Shown: positions 55,806 through 64,000 of the stretch, one piece after another | Layout: every line of letters starts with the position of its first letter | Numbering within the stretch: position 1 is the first letter of the stretch | Made by a program: the position numbers and the translations under genes | Notes under the pieces: model-generated | The model's database searches: none | Told to the model about the DNA's origin: nothing | The model's input: the letters and a program-made list of their open reading frames with translations, nothing else | Assembly (NCBI GenBank): GCA_030583785.1 | Contig: CP129475.1 | Location: 25,941-89,940 of the forward strand | DNA length: 64,000 nucleotides | DNA from: Candidatus Dojkabacteria bacterium | Lineage (GTDB): Bacteria; Patescibacteriota; Dojkabacteria; B142; OLB20 | Reading direction: 5' to 3'

Positions 55806-58376
55806 ATGACAGGTAACAATCCATTTGATCCTTTTGGCGACAATGACGATCCATATAATGGATTTTCTAGTTATAGGGGGCCATCTGAACGAACAGATAT
55901 TACCCAACTTTTTTCGGAAAGGACAAAAGAAGCTTTGCAAAAAGCAGCAGAAATAGCTGTAGAGTTTGGACAAAGAAATATTGATAGCGAACATATGCTT
56001 CTTGCCTTGCTTCGTGACGGAGAACTTATGACTAGAATCTTTAAAGAACTAGATATTGATGTTCCCGAACTTAGTAATTATGTAACAGAGCAGTTAGCTA
56101 AGGGAACATACCAAGGATCGTCTGTAGGTATCACTCCGAGAGCAAAGCAAATCCTGCAACTGGCTTTTCAAGAGGCTATGGAGCTTGCTCATAACTATAT
56201 TGGTACAGAACATATTTTGCTCGCGATTCTGCGCGAGAACGAAGGACTCGGTGCACAAATACTTCGTAAACATGCCATATCTCTACCAAAGCTTAGACAA
56301 GCAGTAATTAAAATAGTAGGTAAAGGCGATAAAGAGGGTGAGGCATTCAAGAGTAAATCGCAAACACCAGAACTCGACAAATTCTCCAAAGATTTAACTG
56401 ACTTAGCCAGGAAAGGTAAAATTGACCCAGTTGTCGGGCGCGCTGACGAGATAACCAGAATAGTAGAAATTCTCGCCCGAAGGAAAAAAAACAATCCCGT
56501 TTTAATCGGAGAACCAGGTGTTGGTAAAACAGCAATAGTAGAAGGGTTGGCACAAAGGATTATTACTGGAAATGTACCAGATGTATTGCAAAATAAACAG
56601 GTCAAAGCACTCGATCTCGGGTTGCTTCTGGGTGGATCAAAGTTTAGAGGAGAGTTTGAAGAACGAGCCAGCAAACTTATAAAAGAGTTAGAAGATTCCG
56701 AACGAGATATCATTCTATTTATTGACGAGCTTCATACAATTGTTGGATCCGGAGCCAGAGAAGGTGAGCTAGATCTGGCAAATATGCTCAAACCGGCTCT
56801 TGCAAGAGGCGAAATGCAGGTGATCGGAGCAACAACATTAAACGAATATAAAAAGTACATCGAAAAAGACGCAGCACTTGAAAGAAGATTCCAGCCAATC
56901 CTTGTAGAAGAGCCAACGGTAGAACAAACTATTGAAGTACTCAGAGGAATTAGAGATAAATACGAAGCTCACCACAGAATCAAAATTACTGATGAATCTC
57001 TTGTTGCTGCTGCAGAATTATCTGATCGCTACATTAAAGATAGATTCTTGCCAGATAAGGCAATAGACGCAGTTGATGAAGCTGCAAGTAAAGTCAGGCT
57101 AAGAGTAACAGCCGAGCCAGAAGAACTAAGGCAACTGCGCACAAAAATAAAACTACTCGAAACAGAAAGAGAATCTCTAAGTAGAGTGAATAAACACAAA
57201 GAGGCTGCAGAACTTAAAGTCGAGATAGAAAAGATCAAGGAGCAGATTAAACCAATTGAAGAAAGCTGGCAAAGAGAAATCGGAACAGGTACACCCGAAG
57301 TAAGCGTATCCGATGTCGCCGAAGTTATTTCAAATATAAGTGGTGTTCCTGTAAAAGAACTTAAAATTGACGAGAAGGCAAAGCTTCTTAACCTTGAAGA
57401 CAAACTGCATGAAAGAGTTATTGGACAAGATGAAGCAATCCAACTTGTGGCAGAATCAGTCAGAAGGGCAAGAGTTGGATTAAAAAACCCAAACAGGCCT
57501 ATTTCAACCTTTATCTTTCTTGGTCCAACGGGAGTTGGTAAAACAGAACTTGCGAAAGCCCTTGCAGAGGTAGTTTTTGGCGATGAAGAAGCAATGATCA
57601 GGCTTGATATGAGCGAATATATGGAAAGACATTCGGTAGCTAGATTAATCGGTTCTCCTCCCGGCTATATTGGATACGAAGAAGGCGGTCAGCTTACAGA
57701 AAAGGTAAGAAGACATCCATATGCAGTCATTTTGCTAGATGAGATAGAAAAAGCTCATGCCGATGTTTACAACATTCTTCTTCAGGTATTTGATGACGGT
57801 AGGCTTACCGACGGCAAAGGTAGAACTGTCGATTTTCGAAATACAATAATCATTGCTACAAGCAATGTTGGGTCGCCACTCATTCTTGAAGCAATAGAGC
57901 ATGATAAACAACAAAAAACAGTCGAAGCACCTAAACAACCCGAAAGCAAGGGCTTGATCAAAATGAAGCAAGTAAGTAAAGATGCAGACAAAAGCGAATT
58001 CACATGGGAAAGAACGAAAGAAAAAATAATGGATGTATTAAAATCCACTTTTAGGCCCGAATTTCTAAATAGAGTTGACGAAATAATAATTTTCAAACCT
58101 TTGGAGCAAGGTCAATTAAGAGATATTGTAAAGATCCTCCTCGAAAAAACCGCAAGATTATTAACTGCGCAAGGAATGAATCTTATTGTCACAGACGCAG
58201 CCATAGATGAAATTTCTAAAAGAGGATACGATCCGCAATTCGGTGCTAGACCTCTTCGCAGAATAATTCAGAGAGAAATTGAAAATCCAATCTCGAACAA
58301 AATACTTGCGGGTGAATTCTTGCCCGGAGAAAGTATTAGTGTTGATTTTAACAATGGTTTTATCTTTAGCAAATGA
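55806..58376 (+). CDS. clpC: ATP-dependent Clp protease ATP-binding subunit ClpC-like (class I AAA+ Clp/Hsp100)
   Basis: Two Clp_N repeats ([19 protein letters not shown]...HMLLALL and [15 protein letters not shown]...HILLAIL). D1 Walker [16 protein letters not shown]. Short coiled-coil middle domain. D2 Walker [16 protein letters not shown] and the sensor-2 region. It has a 35-aa N-terminal extension and a ~35-aa insertion in D2. Confidence 0.8.
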   Translation: MTGNNPFDPFGDNDDPYNGFSSYRGPSERTDITQLFSERTKEALQKAAEIAVEFGQRNIDSEHMLLALLRDGELMTRIFKELDIDVPELSNYVTEQLAKGTYQGSSVGITPRAKQILQLAFQEAMELAHNYIGTEHILLAILRENEGLGAQILRKHAISLPKLRQAVIKIVGKGDKEGEAFKSKSQTPELDKFSKDLTDLARKGKIDPVVGRADEITRIVEILARRKKNNPVLIGEPGVGKTAIVEGLAQRIITGNVPDVLQNKQVKALDLGLLLGGSKFRGEFEERASKLIKELEDSERDIILFIDELHTIVGSGAREGELDLANMLKPALARGEMQVIGATTLNEYKKYIEKDAALERRFQPILVEEPTVEQTIEVLRGIRDKYEAHHRIKITDESLVAAAELSDRYIKDRFLPDKAIDAVDEAASKVRLRVTAEPEELRQLRTKIKLLETERESLSRVNKHKEAAELKVEIEKIKEQIKPIEESWQREIGTGTPEVSVSDVAEVISNISGVPVKELKIDEKAKLLNLEDKLHERVIGQDEAIQLVAESVRRARVGLKNPNRPISTFIFLGPTGVGKTELAKALAEVVFGDEEAMIRLDMSEYMERHSVARLIGSPPGYIGYEEGGQLTEKVRRHPYAVILLDEIEKAHADVYNILLQVFDDGRLTDGKGRTVDFRNTIIIATSNVGSPLILEAIEHDKQQKTVEAPKQPESKGLIKMKQVSKDADKSEFTWERTKEKIMDVLKSTFRPEFLNRVDEIIIFKPLEQGQLRDIVKILLEKTARLLTAQGMNLIVTDAAIDEISKRGYDPQFGARPLRRIIQREIENPISNKILAGEFLPGESISVDFNNGFIFSK

Positions 58377-59515
58377 AGATAGCTCAAATTACAACCTTTT
58401 TTCACCCAGTTACAGGAGGCGTTGAAACGCATGTCCTAGAACTTTCCAGAGATTTGGTCGAAAAAGGACACGATGTTGAAGTTTTGACATCATCTTCGAA
58501 TAAAAATGGTCCTAAAATCACTGAGTTTAAAACGCAGTTCCTTGGGGTAAAGGTGCGCAGATTCCGAACATGGTTTGCTCTTTCTCCGTATCATCGGTTT
58601 TTTCCGGGACTATTTTTTTATCTACTTAAACAAGACTTTGATGTTCTTCATGTCCATGGCTTCCGAAAATTGGAGGTCTATGTAGCAATGCTCATTAAGT
58701 TTATTAAGAAAGGGAAACCAAAATTGATCGTTACTGGTCATAATCCTTTTCCGACGACAAGCAGGAGAGTTAGATTTAATGTTTTAGTTGCTTTGCACGA
58801 TAAAACAATAGGTCAATTATTTACTAAAAGCATTGATAAGATCGTCGCTCTTGTTAAATCAGAGGCGAAAAAATATGAGAAAGATTTTAATGTTCCTAAA
58901 GACAAGATTGTAGTCATACCAAACGGCTTTTCCGAGATATTTCTGGATCAACACGATCCAGACATCTTTTTTAAAGAATGGGAAATTGATAAATCAAAGT
59001 GGAATGCCGTAGTGGCATCTGCGGGTCGAATTAACAAGGCTAAAGGTTTTCAATATCTAAGAAAGGCTATCGAGAAGCATAAAAAAGTTCTATTTGTAAT
59101 TAGTGGCGGTGATGACGGCTATTTATCCAGACTAAAGTTTGAACTGGGCAATTATCGCAATGTCGTTTTGACGGAACATTTCTTGCCACCTGTTAAGTTG
59201 GCGCAGTTGTTTGCTGCTGCAGATATATTCGTTTTGCCAAGTCTGCACGAAGCCTTCGGTATTGTTCTTCTTGAAGCAATGGCTAGTGAACTCCCAATTA
59301 TTTCTACAAATGCAGGCGGTCCAGCGGAATTTGTCGTAGAGGACTTCGGAATTCTTGTCCAGCCAAAAGATGAAACAGCATTAAGCAATGCAATATTCGA
59401 ACTTGTTGAAGATCAGAAGAGAAGAGAAGAAATGGGAAAGAAGGCTAAAGAATTTGCAGAAAAGTATACTTGGGGTAAAATCACAGGCAAGATAGAAAAA
59501 TTATATATTAACTAA
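58373..59515 (+). CDS. GT4-family glycosyltransferase
   Basis: EAFGIVLLEAMASELPIISTNAGGPAEFV carries the E-x7-E motif of GT-B retaining GT4 enzymes. Its start overlaps the clpC stop (ATGA). Confidence 0.7.
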   Translation: MKIAQITTFFHPVTGGVETHVLELSRDLVEKGHDVEVLTSSSNKNGPKITEFKTQFLGVKVRRFRTWFALSPYHRFFPGLFFYLLKQDFDVLHVHGFRKLEVYVAMLIKFIKKGKPKLIVTGHNPFPTTSRRVRFNVLVALHDKTIGQLFTKSIDKIVALVKSEAKKYEKDFNVPKDKIVVIPNGFSEIFLDQHDPDIFFKEWEIDKSKWNAVVASAGRINKAKGFQYLRKAIEKHKKVLFVISGGDDGYLSRLKFELGNYRNVVLTEHFLPPVKLAQLFAAADIFVLPSLHEAFGIVLLEAMASELPIISTNAGGPAEFVVEDFGILVQPKDETALSNAIFELVEDQKRREEMGKKAKEFAEKYTWGKITGKIEKLYIN

Positions 59516-59518
59516 TGC

Positions 59519-60391
59519 TTGATGCTGATCCTAGGTCTATTTCAAAACGGTAATAAAACTGACTTTGCCATAGTTGCATACGGATGTAACCTTGTTTCCT
59601 CTGGCAGTATTGTTTCGATTTCAGAAACAGAGATTGTTGAGTTTGTTGAGCAAGAAAGCGGCCTCAAGCTTACTGATTTAGATCGAGTTGTTACTTCAGG
59701 TCTACACCCAATACTTATTGATAAGGTTGAAGCAGAGAAGGTTGATGAACGAATGGCTCTTAATCATAGTATCTGGGTTAACTACAAATCCGATAAGATA
59801 GCAACTGAGTCTCCTGAGTATCCATATATCCTATGCAATGACATCCACGGTACTATCACTTTTCACCTAGTTGAATCACTAGATAAAGCCAATAGTTTTG
59901 AATCATCTACAAACGGTTCATTATCAAATCTAGAGAAAGCATTTCAGGATAAGTATCAACAAGAATTCTTAAGCTCGGCCATACTTGGTAATCAGGACTA
60001 TACTCCAATCCAGACGGCTAATTATGACTTATCGGCAGAATCACTTCTAACAGAAATCCAATTGAAGGAGGATAAAGTAATTGACGGTGCGTCAGAGGAA
60101 GTAAAAGCTGAACTTATGAATTTCGCAGTTTTTGATCTAGCTGCCAATGTATTAGATTCTTATTGCCAAGCTATTGTCGGCAAATTGTTATCTTTTGCTC
60201 AGGAATTCGCAGTTAAATCAATTGGCTACGACGGCAAGCTAATCTATAATGAGCGTTTCAGAGAGATTATCAGCAACACTTCAGAATCAATGAATATGCA
60301 GTTAAGACTACCACCTGTTGCAAGTTCAGATAATATGGCTTTCGCCCTTGCAGCTTATGCAAATTTCCTTTTTGAATCCAAAAAGTTATAA
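59519..60391 (+). CDS. Hypothetical protein
   Basis: ORF only. It has a weak resemblance to the ASKHA fold (DFAIVAYG...). Confidence 0.35.
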   Translation: MMLILGLFQNGNKTDFAIVAYGCNLVSSGSIVSISETEIVEFVEQESGLKLTDLDRVVTSGLHPILIDKVEAEKVDERMALNHSIWVNYKSDKIATESPEYPYILCNDIHGTITFHLVESLDKANSFESSTNGSLSNLEKAFQDKYQQEFLSSAILGNQDYTPIQTANYDLSAESLLTEIQLKEDKVIDGASEEVKAELMNFAVFDLAANVLDSYCQAIVGKLLSFAQEFAVKSIGYDGKLIYNERFREIISNTSESMNMQLRLPPVASSDNMAFALAAYANFLFESKKL

Positions 60392-60397
60392 TAGCTT

Positions 60398-60616
60398 ATG
60401 ACAGATAAACGCTATGCCTTCGTGGCTTCAAAACATTTAAGCAAGCACATCGATGAACTGCGGGTTAAGCTTGGTCTAGAAACCAACGCAGAAGTTATAT
60501 CTATGGCTTTATCAATGCTTGAACTATCGCTCGGAAGGAATGTTGAAGTTAAAGATAGAAAAGGCAATATGCAGGTAAATAAATTTGCAGATTATCAACC
60601 TACGGTAGAACTCTAA
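60398..60616 (+). CDS. Small hypothetical protein (72 aa)
   Basis: ORF only, tightly spaced in the operon. Confidence 0.3.
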   Translation: MTDKRYAFVASKHLSKHIDELRVKLGLETNAEVISMALSMLELSLGRNVEVKDRKGNMQVNKFADYQPTVEL

Positions 60617-60617
60617 A

Positions 60618-60929
60618 ATGGCAGATCAAGAAGAAAACTTTTCGGTAGAAGATTTAGATATAGACGAATACGAGCTGATTCCTGACCCACAACCGATCAA
60701 AGATCTGGATGTCATCAAGGTCAAGCGGGAAGATGTTCGTGGACTGCTGGCTGTCGTATTCTTAATCGGCTTTTTCTTCATTCTTCTTGCAGGAATTTTT
60801 ATTGCTGCAATAAACGAAGGTAATAAAGTTGAATCTTTGACTGCTGTTTTACTTTCGATTTCCGGTATTTTATCCGGACCACTTGGTTTTGTTATTGGTT
60901 ACTACTTTAGAAGTAAGGATCAGAAGTAG
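60618..60929 (+). CDS. Small membrane protein (2 TM) with an acidic N-terminus
   Basis: MADQEENFSVEDLDIDEYELIPD followed by two hydrophobic helices. Confidence 0.35.
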   Translation: MADQEENFSVEDLDIDEYELIPDPQPIKDLDVIKVKREDVRGLLAVVFLIGFFFILLAGIFIAAINEGNKVESLTAVLLSISGILSGPLGFVIGYYFRSKDQK

Positions 60930-61604
60930 CTACATTCCTTTCAATTTTGAGATTAATCTGTTTAGAAGGCCTCTTCTTGTGTCCTTTTCGATTCGAAGTC
61001 GTTCCATAGTATTGAGTTCCTCTCGTTTTGCGCGAAGCATTTGTTCATAGTATGGTATTGCTTGATCTACAGATGGAACGCTCAATTCGACGATAATATC
61101 AAAGCGAAAGTCTATAGTTGGTGTGGTTTTTTGAACAAAACTTAGAATCATATATATTTTATCTAAAAAACTGTAGTCACTTTCTGAATAATTTGTGATT
61201 ACAGCTAACCTGTTAATCGGCTTCTCGAAGCCCGGAATGTGTAAACCGTTATCGTCGACAGTAATACTTCGAACATTCTCAATCATTAGATCAAGTAGAC
61301 CTGCTATTGGGATTCCATTGTTGGTTCTTTGTAGAAGAGGGTACTTTGATCGTTCTTCATAGGGTAGTTCGGATGAGAAGCCATACTTATAAAAAACTTC
61401 GTTTAGCCTTTCTGATCTTTCAATACCACCAGGGCATGCAAAGACAGTTGTGGGGAATTTCGCAGCAGGGGTTTGATAGTCATGGTTGAAATAATTTCTG
61501 ATACCGGCAATTAGTTCGCCAGTTATGCCTATCTCTGATAGTATATCTTGATGTTGATTAAAGTCCTTGCGATTTAAGTTTTGTTCCATAATACAGTATA
61601 TCAC
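60930..61604 (-). CDS. Hypothetical protein
   Basis: ORF only. Confidence 0.4.
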   Translation of the reverse strand: MIYCIMEQNLNRKDFNQHQDILSEIGITGELIAGIRNYFNHDYQTPAAKFPTTVFACPGGIERSERLNEVFYKYGFSSELPYEERSKYPLLQRTNNGIPIAGLLDLMIENVRSITVDDNGLHIPGFEKPINRLAVITNYSESDYSFLDKIYMILSFVQKTTPTIDFRFDIIVELSVPSVDQAIPYYEQMLRAKREELNTMERLRIEKDTRRGLLNRLISKLKGM

Positions 61605-61680
61605 AGATATATATTGCGAAGAAAAAAACTATACAATTCTGTGAATATATCTGCTATAATTGGCGTGCTCTTTACAATTT

Positions 61681-61752
61681 GGCCCTGTAGTATAACGGTT
61701 AGTACACCGGGTTTTCATCCCGGCAATCGGGGTTCGATTCCCCGCAGGGTCA
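61681..61752 (+). tRNA. tRNA-Glu (anticodon TTC)
   Basis: GGCCCTG-TA-GTAT-AACGGTTA-GTAC-A-CCGGG-TTTTCAT-CCCGG-CAAT-CGGGG-TTCGATT-CCCCG-CAGGGTC-A forms a clean cloverleaf with a G2-U71 wobble. CCA is not encoded. Confidence 0.8.
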
Positions 61753-61856
61753 TAACTACTAGTCTAGAACGAGTTTTTTGCCTATTTCAAAGACATTTAC
61801 AGTAACCTTACTTTCGCGTTCTGCTATAATACCTTCAATTCTTAACCCCTCACTCC

Positions 61857-62909
61857 ATGAAAGCAAAATCATTTGCAGTTGCCTCTAAAGATTCGCCACT
61901 CAAGTATTACGAATTCGACAGGCGCGAACCTACGGATTCCGATGTAGTAGTCAAAATCAAGTATTCTGGCATTTGCCACAGCGATATTCATACAGCCCGT
62001 GGAGACTGGGGTGATATTGAATATCCTTGTGTACCAGGGCACGAGATAATTGGCGAGGTGGTGCGCATAGGCAATAAGGTAACTCAGTTTAAGCCAGGCG
62101 ACATTGTTGGTATTGGAGTAATGGTTAACAGCTGCAATAAATGTGCGGCCTGCAAGTCTGATTTTGAGCAGTACTGCGAAAACGAACCTACTTATACATA
62201 CAGCTCAACCGATCCGATTGACGGCACAGATACGAAGGGTGGATATTCTAATCTAATTGTTACGCAAGAAAAGTTTGTGGTTCATATTCCTAAAGACCTG
62301 GATATATCTAAAGCAGCACCACTTTTGTGTGCTGGTATTACTATGTACTCTCCACTCAGGCACTGGGGTGCAAGTACGGGCAAAAAAGTTGGAATTATTG
62401 GCCTAGGTGGACTTGGGCATATGGGTGTTAAGTTTGCGAAAGCCATGGGGGCAGAGGTATATGTAATTACATCATCTCTAGCAAAAGTTGCAGATGCAAA
62501 AAAATTTGGTACGGATGGCGTAATAGTTTCATCTGACCCAGAAGATATGGATAAACATGAACGCTACTTTGACCTATTAATTGATACAATTCCAGTTGAG
62601 CATAATCTGGAACCCTACATAAAATTGCTTAACATTAACAGTACTATTGTACTTGTTGGTCCTATCAACCCAATGCCTGGTTATCATGGTGGAGATTTAA
62701 TTGGCGGTCGCAAGGCAATTGCTGGATCAGGTATCGGTAGTATGAAGGAACTAAAGGAGATGCTGGAATTCAGTGGCAAGCACAACATATTGCCTGAGGT
62801 CGAGCTAATAAAGTTTGCAGATGCTAATATGGCCTGGGAAAGCATGCAGAACAAAGCTATGTCACACAGGTATGTGATTGATGTGGAAAGATCTTTTGCT
62901 GAAAATTAG
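61857..62909 (+). CDS. Zn-dependent alcohol dehydrogenase (cinnamyl-alcohol / NADP-dependent ADH family)
   Basis: GICHSDIHTARGDWG (catalytic Zn Cys-His), VPGHEIIGEV, the structural-Zn cysteines CNKCAACKSD, and the Rossmann motif GIIGLGGLGHMG. Confidence 0.75.
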   Translation: MKAKSFAVASKDSPLKYYEFDRREPTDSDVVVKIKYSGICHSDIHTARGDWGDIEYPCVPGHEIIGEVVRIGNKVTQFKPGDIVGIGVMVNSCNKCAACKSDFEQYCENEPTYTYSSTDPIDGTDTKGGYSNLIVTQEKFVVHIPKDLDISKAAPLLCAGITMYSPLRHWGASTGKKVGIIGLGGLGHMGVKFAKAMGAEVYVITSSLAKVADAKKFGTDGVIVSSDPEDMDKHERYFDLLIDTIPVEHNLEPYIKLLNINSTIVLVGPINPMPGYHGGDLIGGRKAIAGSGIGSMKELKEMLEFSGKHNILPEVELIKFADANMAWESMQNKAMSHRYVIDVERSFAEN

Positions 62910-63030
62910 TTTCAGAGTCAAATACTCCATACAATCAATATTAGTAAGTCTTTCCGAACTTAACGAATAGCAAAGAATTTTGTAGCATATTCACCATAAG
63001 TTTGATATCTCACAATGCCTTAGGTTATGA

Positions 63031-63852
63031 TTGCTTATGGCAAGAAGGTTTTCTGTAAAAATTCCCGTGAGTAGAAGGCGACCACTTAAGTCTCTTGCCA
63101 AAAAAGATTGGCGACCGATTTTGATTCAAATCAAAGCTAAAGTAGTGCTTATCGGTAAGAAACTTCGTGGCACAATTCTTGGTAAGTCGGCAAATATTCT
63201 TGAGCTTGTAAAAAATAATCCGAAAAAAGCCAAAATAGCAGGATTAACAATATTATCTGTCGTTATTATTCTGTTTGTTGCATATATCTTTTTCGATAGG
63301 AACACCGTTAAAGTTGTGATTGGTGAGCCCGAGATAATCACTTTCTCAACAGATGAACCAGAAGAAGCTATACCTTCAGGTAATTACACATGGATCGGGC
63401 GTGAAATTGATCCTAAGTATATTAACCTGCCAACAATATCAAGGTCTGGGTATATTCAGCATGTCGGAGTAGACCAGAATAATCAAATCGCTGTTCCCTC
63501 AAATGTTTTTATCGCCGGCTGGTTTGTAAATACAGTCAGACCAGGACAGAAAGGACTAAGCATTATAGACGGACATGTAGATGGTCCTACTCGAGAAGGG
63601 ATTTTTCATAGGTTAGAGGAACTTCAGATAGACGATACTTTCGAGATTATTCTAGGCAACGAAACTGTCTTAAATTATCGGGTTCTTGAGGTAAAAACTG
63701 TTCCTGTTTCGGAAGCTGAAAAACACCTGTTTGAACAGAAACTCGATGTCGTCAGCCAGTTAAACTTAATAACTTGTGGCGGCAATTACAACCGTGAATC
63801 CAGAACCTATGAAGGCAGAGTTATAGTTATGGCTCAACTGATGGGTAATTAG
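63031..63852 (+). CDS. Sortase (transpeptidase)
   Basis: N-terminal TM KIAGLTILSVVIILFVAYIFF, catalytic His region LSIIDGHVDGP, the TLXTC active-site motif in QLNLITCGGNY, and the conserved Arg in EGRVIVMAQL. Confidence 0.65.
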   Translation: MLMARRFSVKIPVSRRRPLKSLAKKDWRPILIQIKAKVVLIGKKLRGTILGKSANILELVKNNPKKAKIAGLTILSVVIILFVAYIFFDRNTVKVVIGEPEIITFSTDEPEEAIPSGNYTWIGREIDPKYINLPTISRSGYIQHVGVDQNNQIAVPSNVFIAGWFVNTVRPGQKGLSIIDGHVDGPTREGIFHRLEELQIDDTFEIILGNETVLNYRVLEVKTVPVSEAEKHLFEQKLDVVSQLNLITCGGNYNRESRTYEGRVIVMAQLMGN

Positions 63853-64000
63853 TATTACTACGACTCCCTGCATTATGTACATTAATCGCATACTTCATTT
63901 TGAATATACTGATGCGCCTTTTCAAGGCCTCATCTTTGATTGATTTTGACATCGACAATAATTCTTCTATAGCAGGCAGTCTTCCAATGTCTCTAAGTAT

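Noticed and set aside
61581-61805. 74-aa ORF on the plus strand
   Set aside because: It spans the tRNA-Glu(UUC) gene, so it is a spurious translation.
1-64000. Searched by eye for CRISPR arrays, rRNA genes, IS/transposase or integrase genes, and long direct repeats
   Set aside because: No regularly spaced direct repeats, no transposase/integrase/recombinase-like ORFs and no rRNA-like conserved segments were recognised. The only tandem similarity seen was the intragenic Cys-rich repeats inside the 32504..35983 gene.

Overview
The window is a low-GC (about 38-40%), gene-dense bacterial fragment that uses the standard genetic code. Its overall content points to a small-genome monoderm lineage, plausibly Candidate Phyla Radiation (Patescibacteria); that attribution is inference. 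Several housekeeping genes are confidently recognised from conserved motifs: enolase, prolyl-tRNA synthetase, SSB, RNase J, ClpC, RNase HI, a YhaM-like exonuclease, protein-L-isoaspartate methyltransferase, Tag glycosylase, the NAD(P)HX repair enzyme Nnr, tRNA-Ser(GGA) and tRNA-Glu(UUC). The accessory content is the more interesting part. (1) A heliorhodopsin homolog (19712..20485) carries the diagnostic H80/E107 residues and the TM7 Schiff-base Lys of that family. (2) A lexA-umuD-umuC SOS cassette encodes a UmuD that starts at the UmuD' boundary and has lost the catalytic Ser and Lys (GDSM to GNQL). Upstream of lexA a perfect GTATAC-N3-GTATAC palindrome overlaps a TTGACA-N17-TACACT promoter. 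(3) A cellulosome-like pair: an 1159-aa secreted multi-domain protein with a GH5-like (NEP...TEVG) domain, Ser/Thr/Pro linkers, three Cys-rich repeat modules and a C-terminal dockerin, followed by a small membrane-anchored cohesin-like protein. A sortase lies at the window end. (4) An 1856-aa membrane-anchored surface protein with a GH clan-A-like region and two M23 (LytM) peptidase domains, which is a candidate cell-wall attack enzyme. (5) A tightly packed five-gene minus-strand cluster: S51 peptidase, YdeN hydrolase, kinase-fold phosphotransferase, GNAT, and a small wHTH. (6) A two-gene operon of large soluble proteins (4948..7687) with no recognisable motifs, sitting behind a 400-bp AT-rich intergenic region. 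No CRISPR array, rRNA or obvious mobile element was seen. All domain calls rest on motif recognition by eye; no database searches were run.
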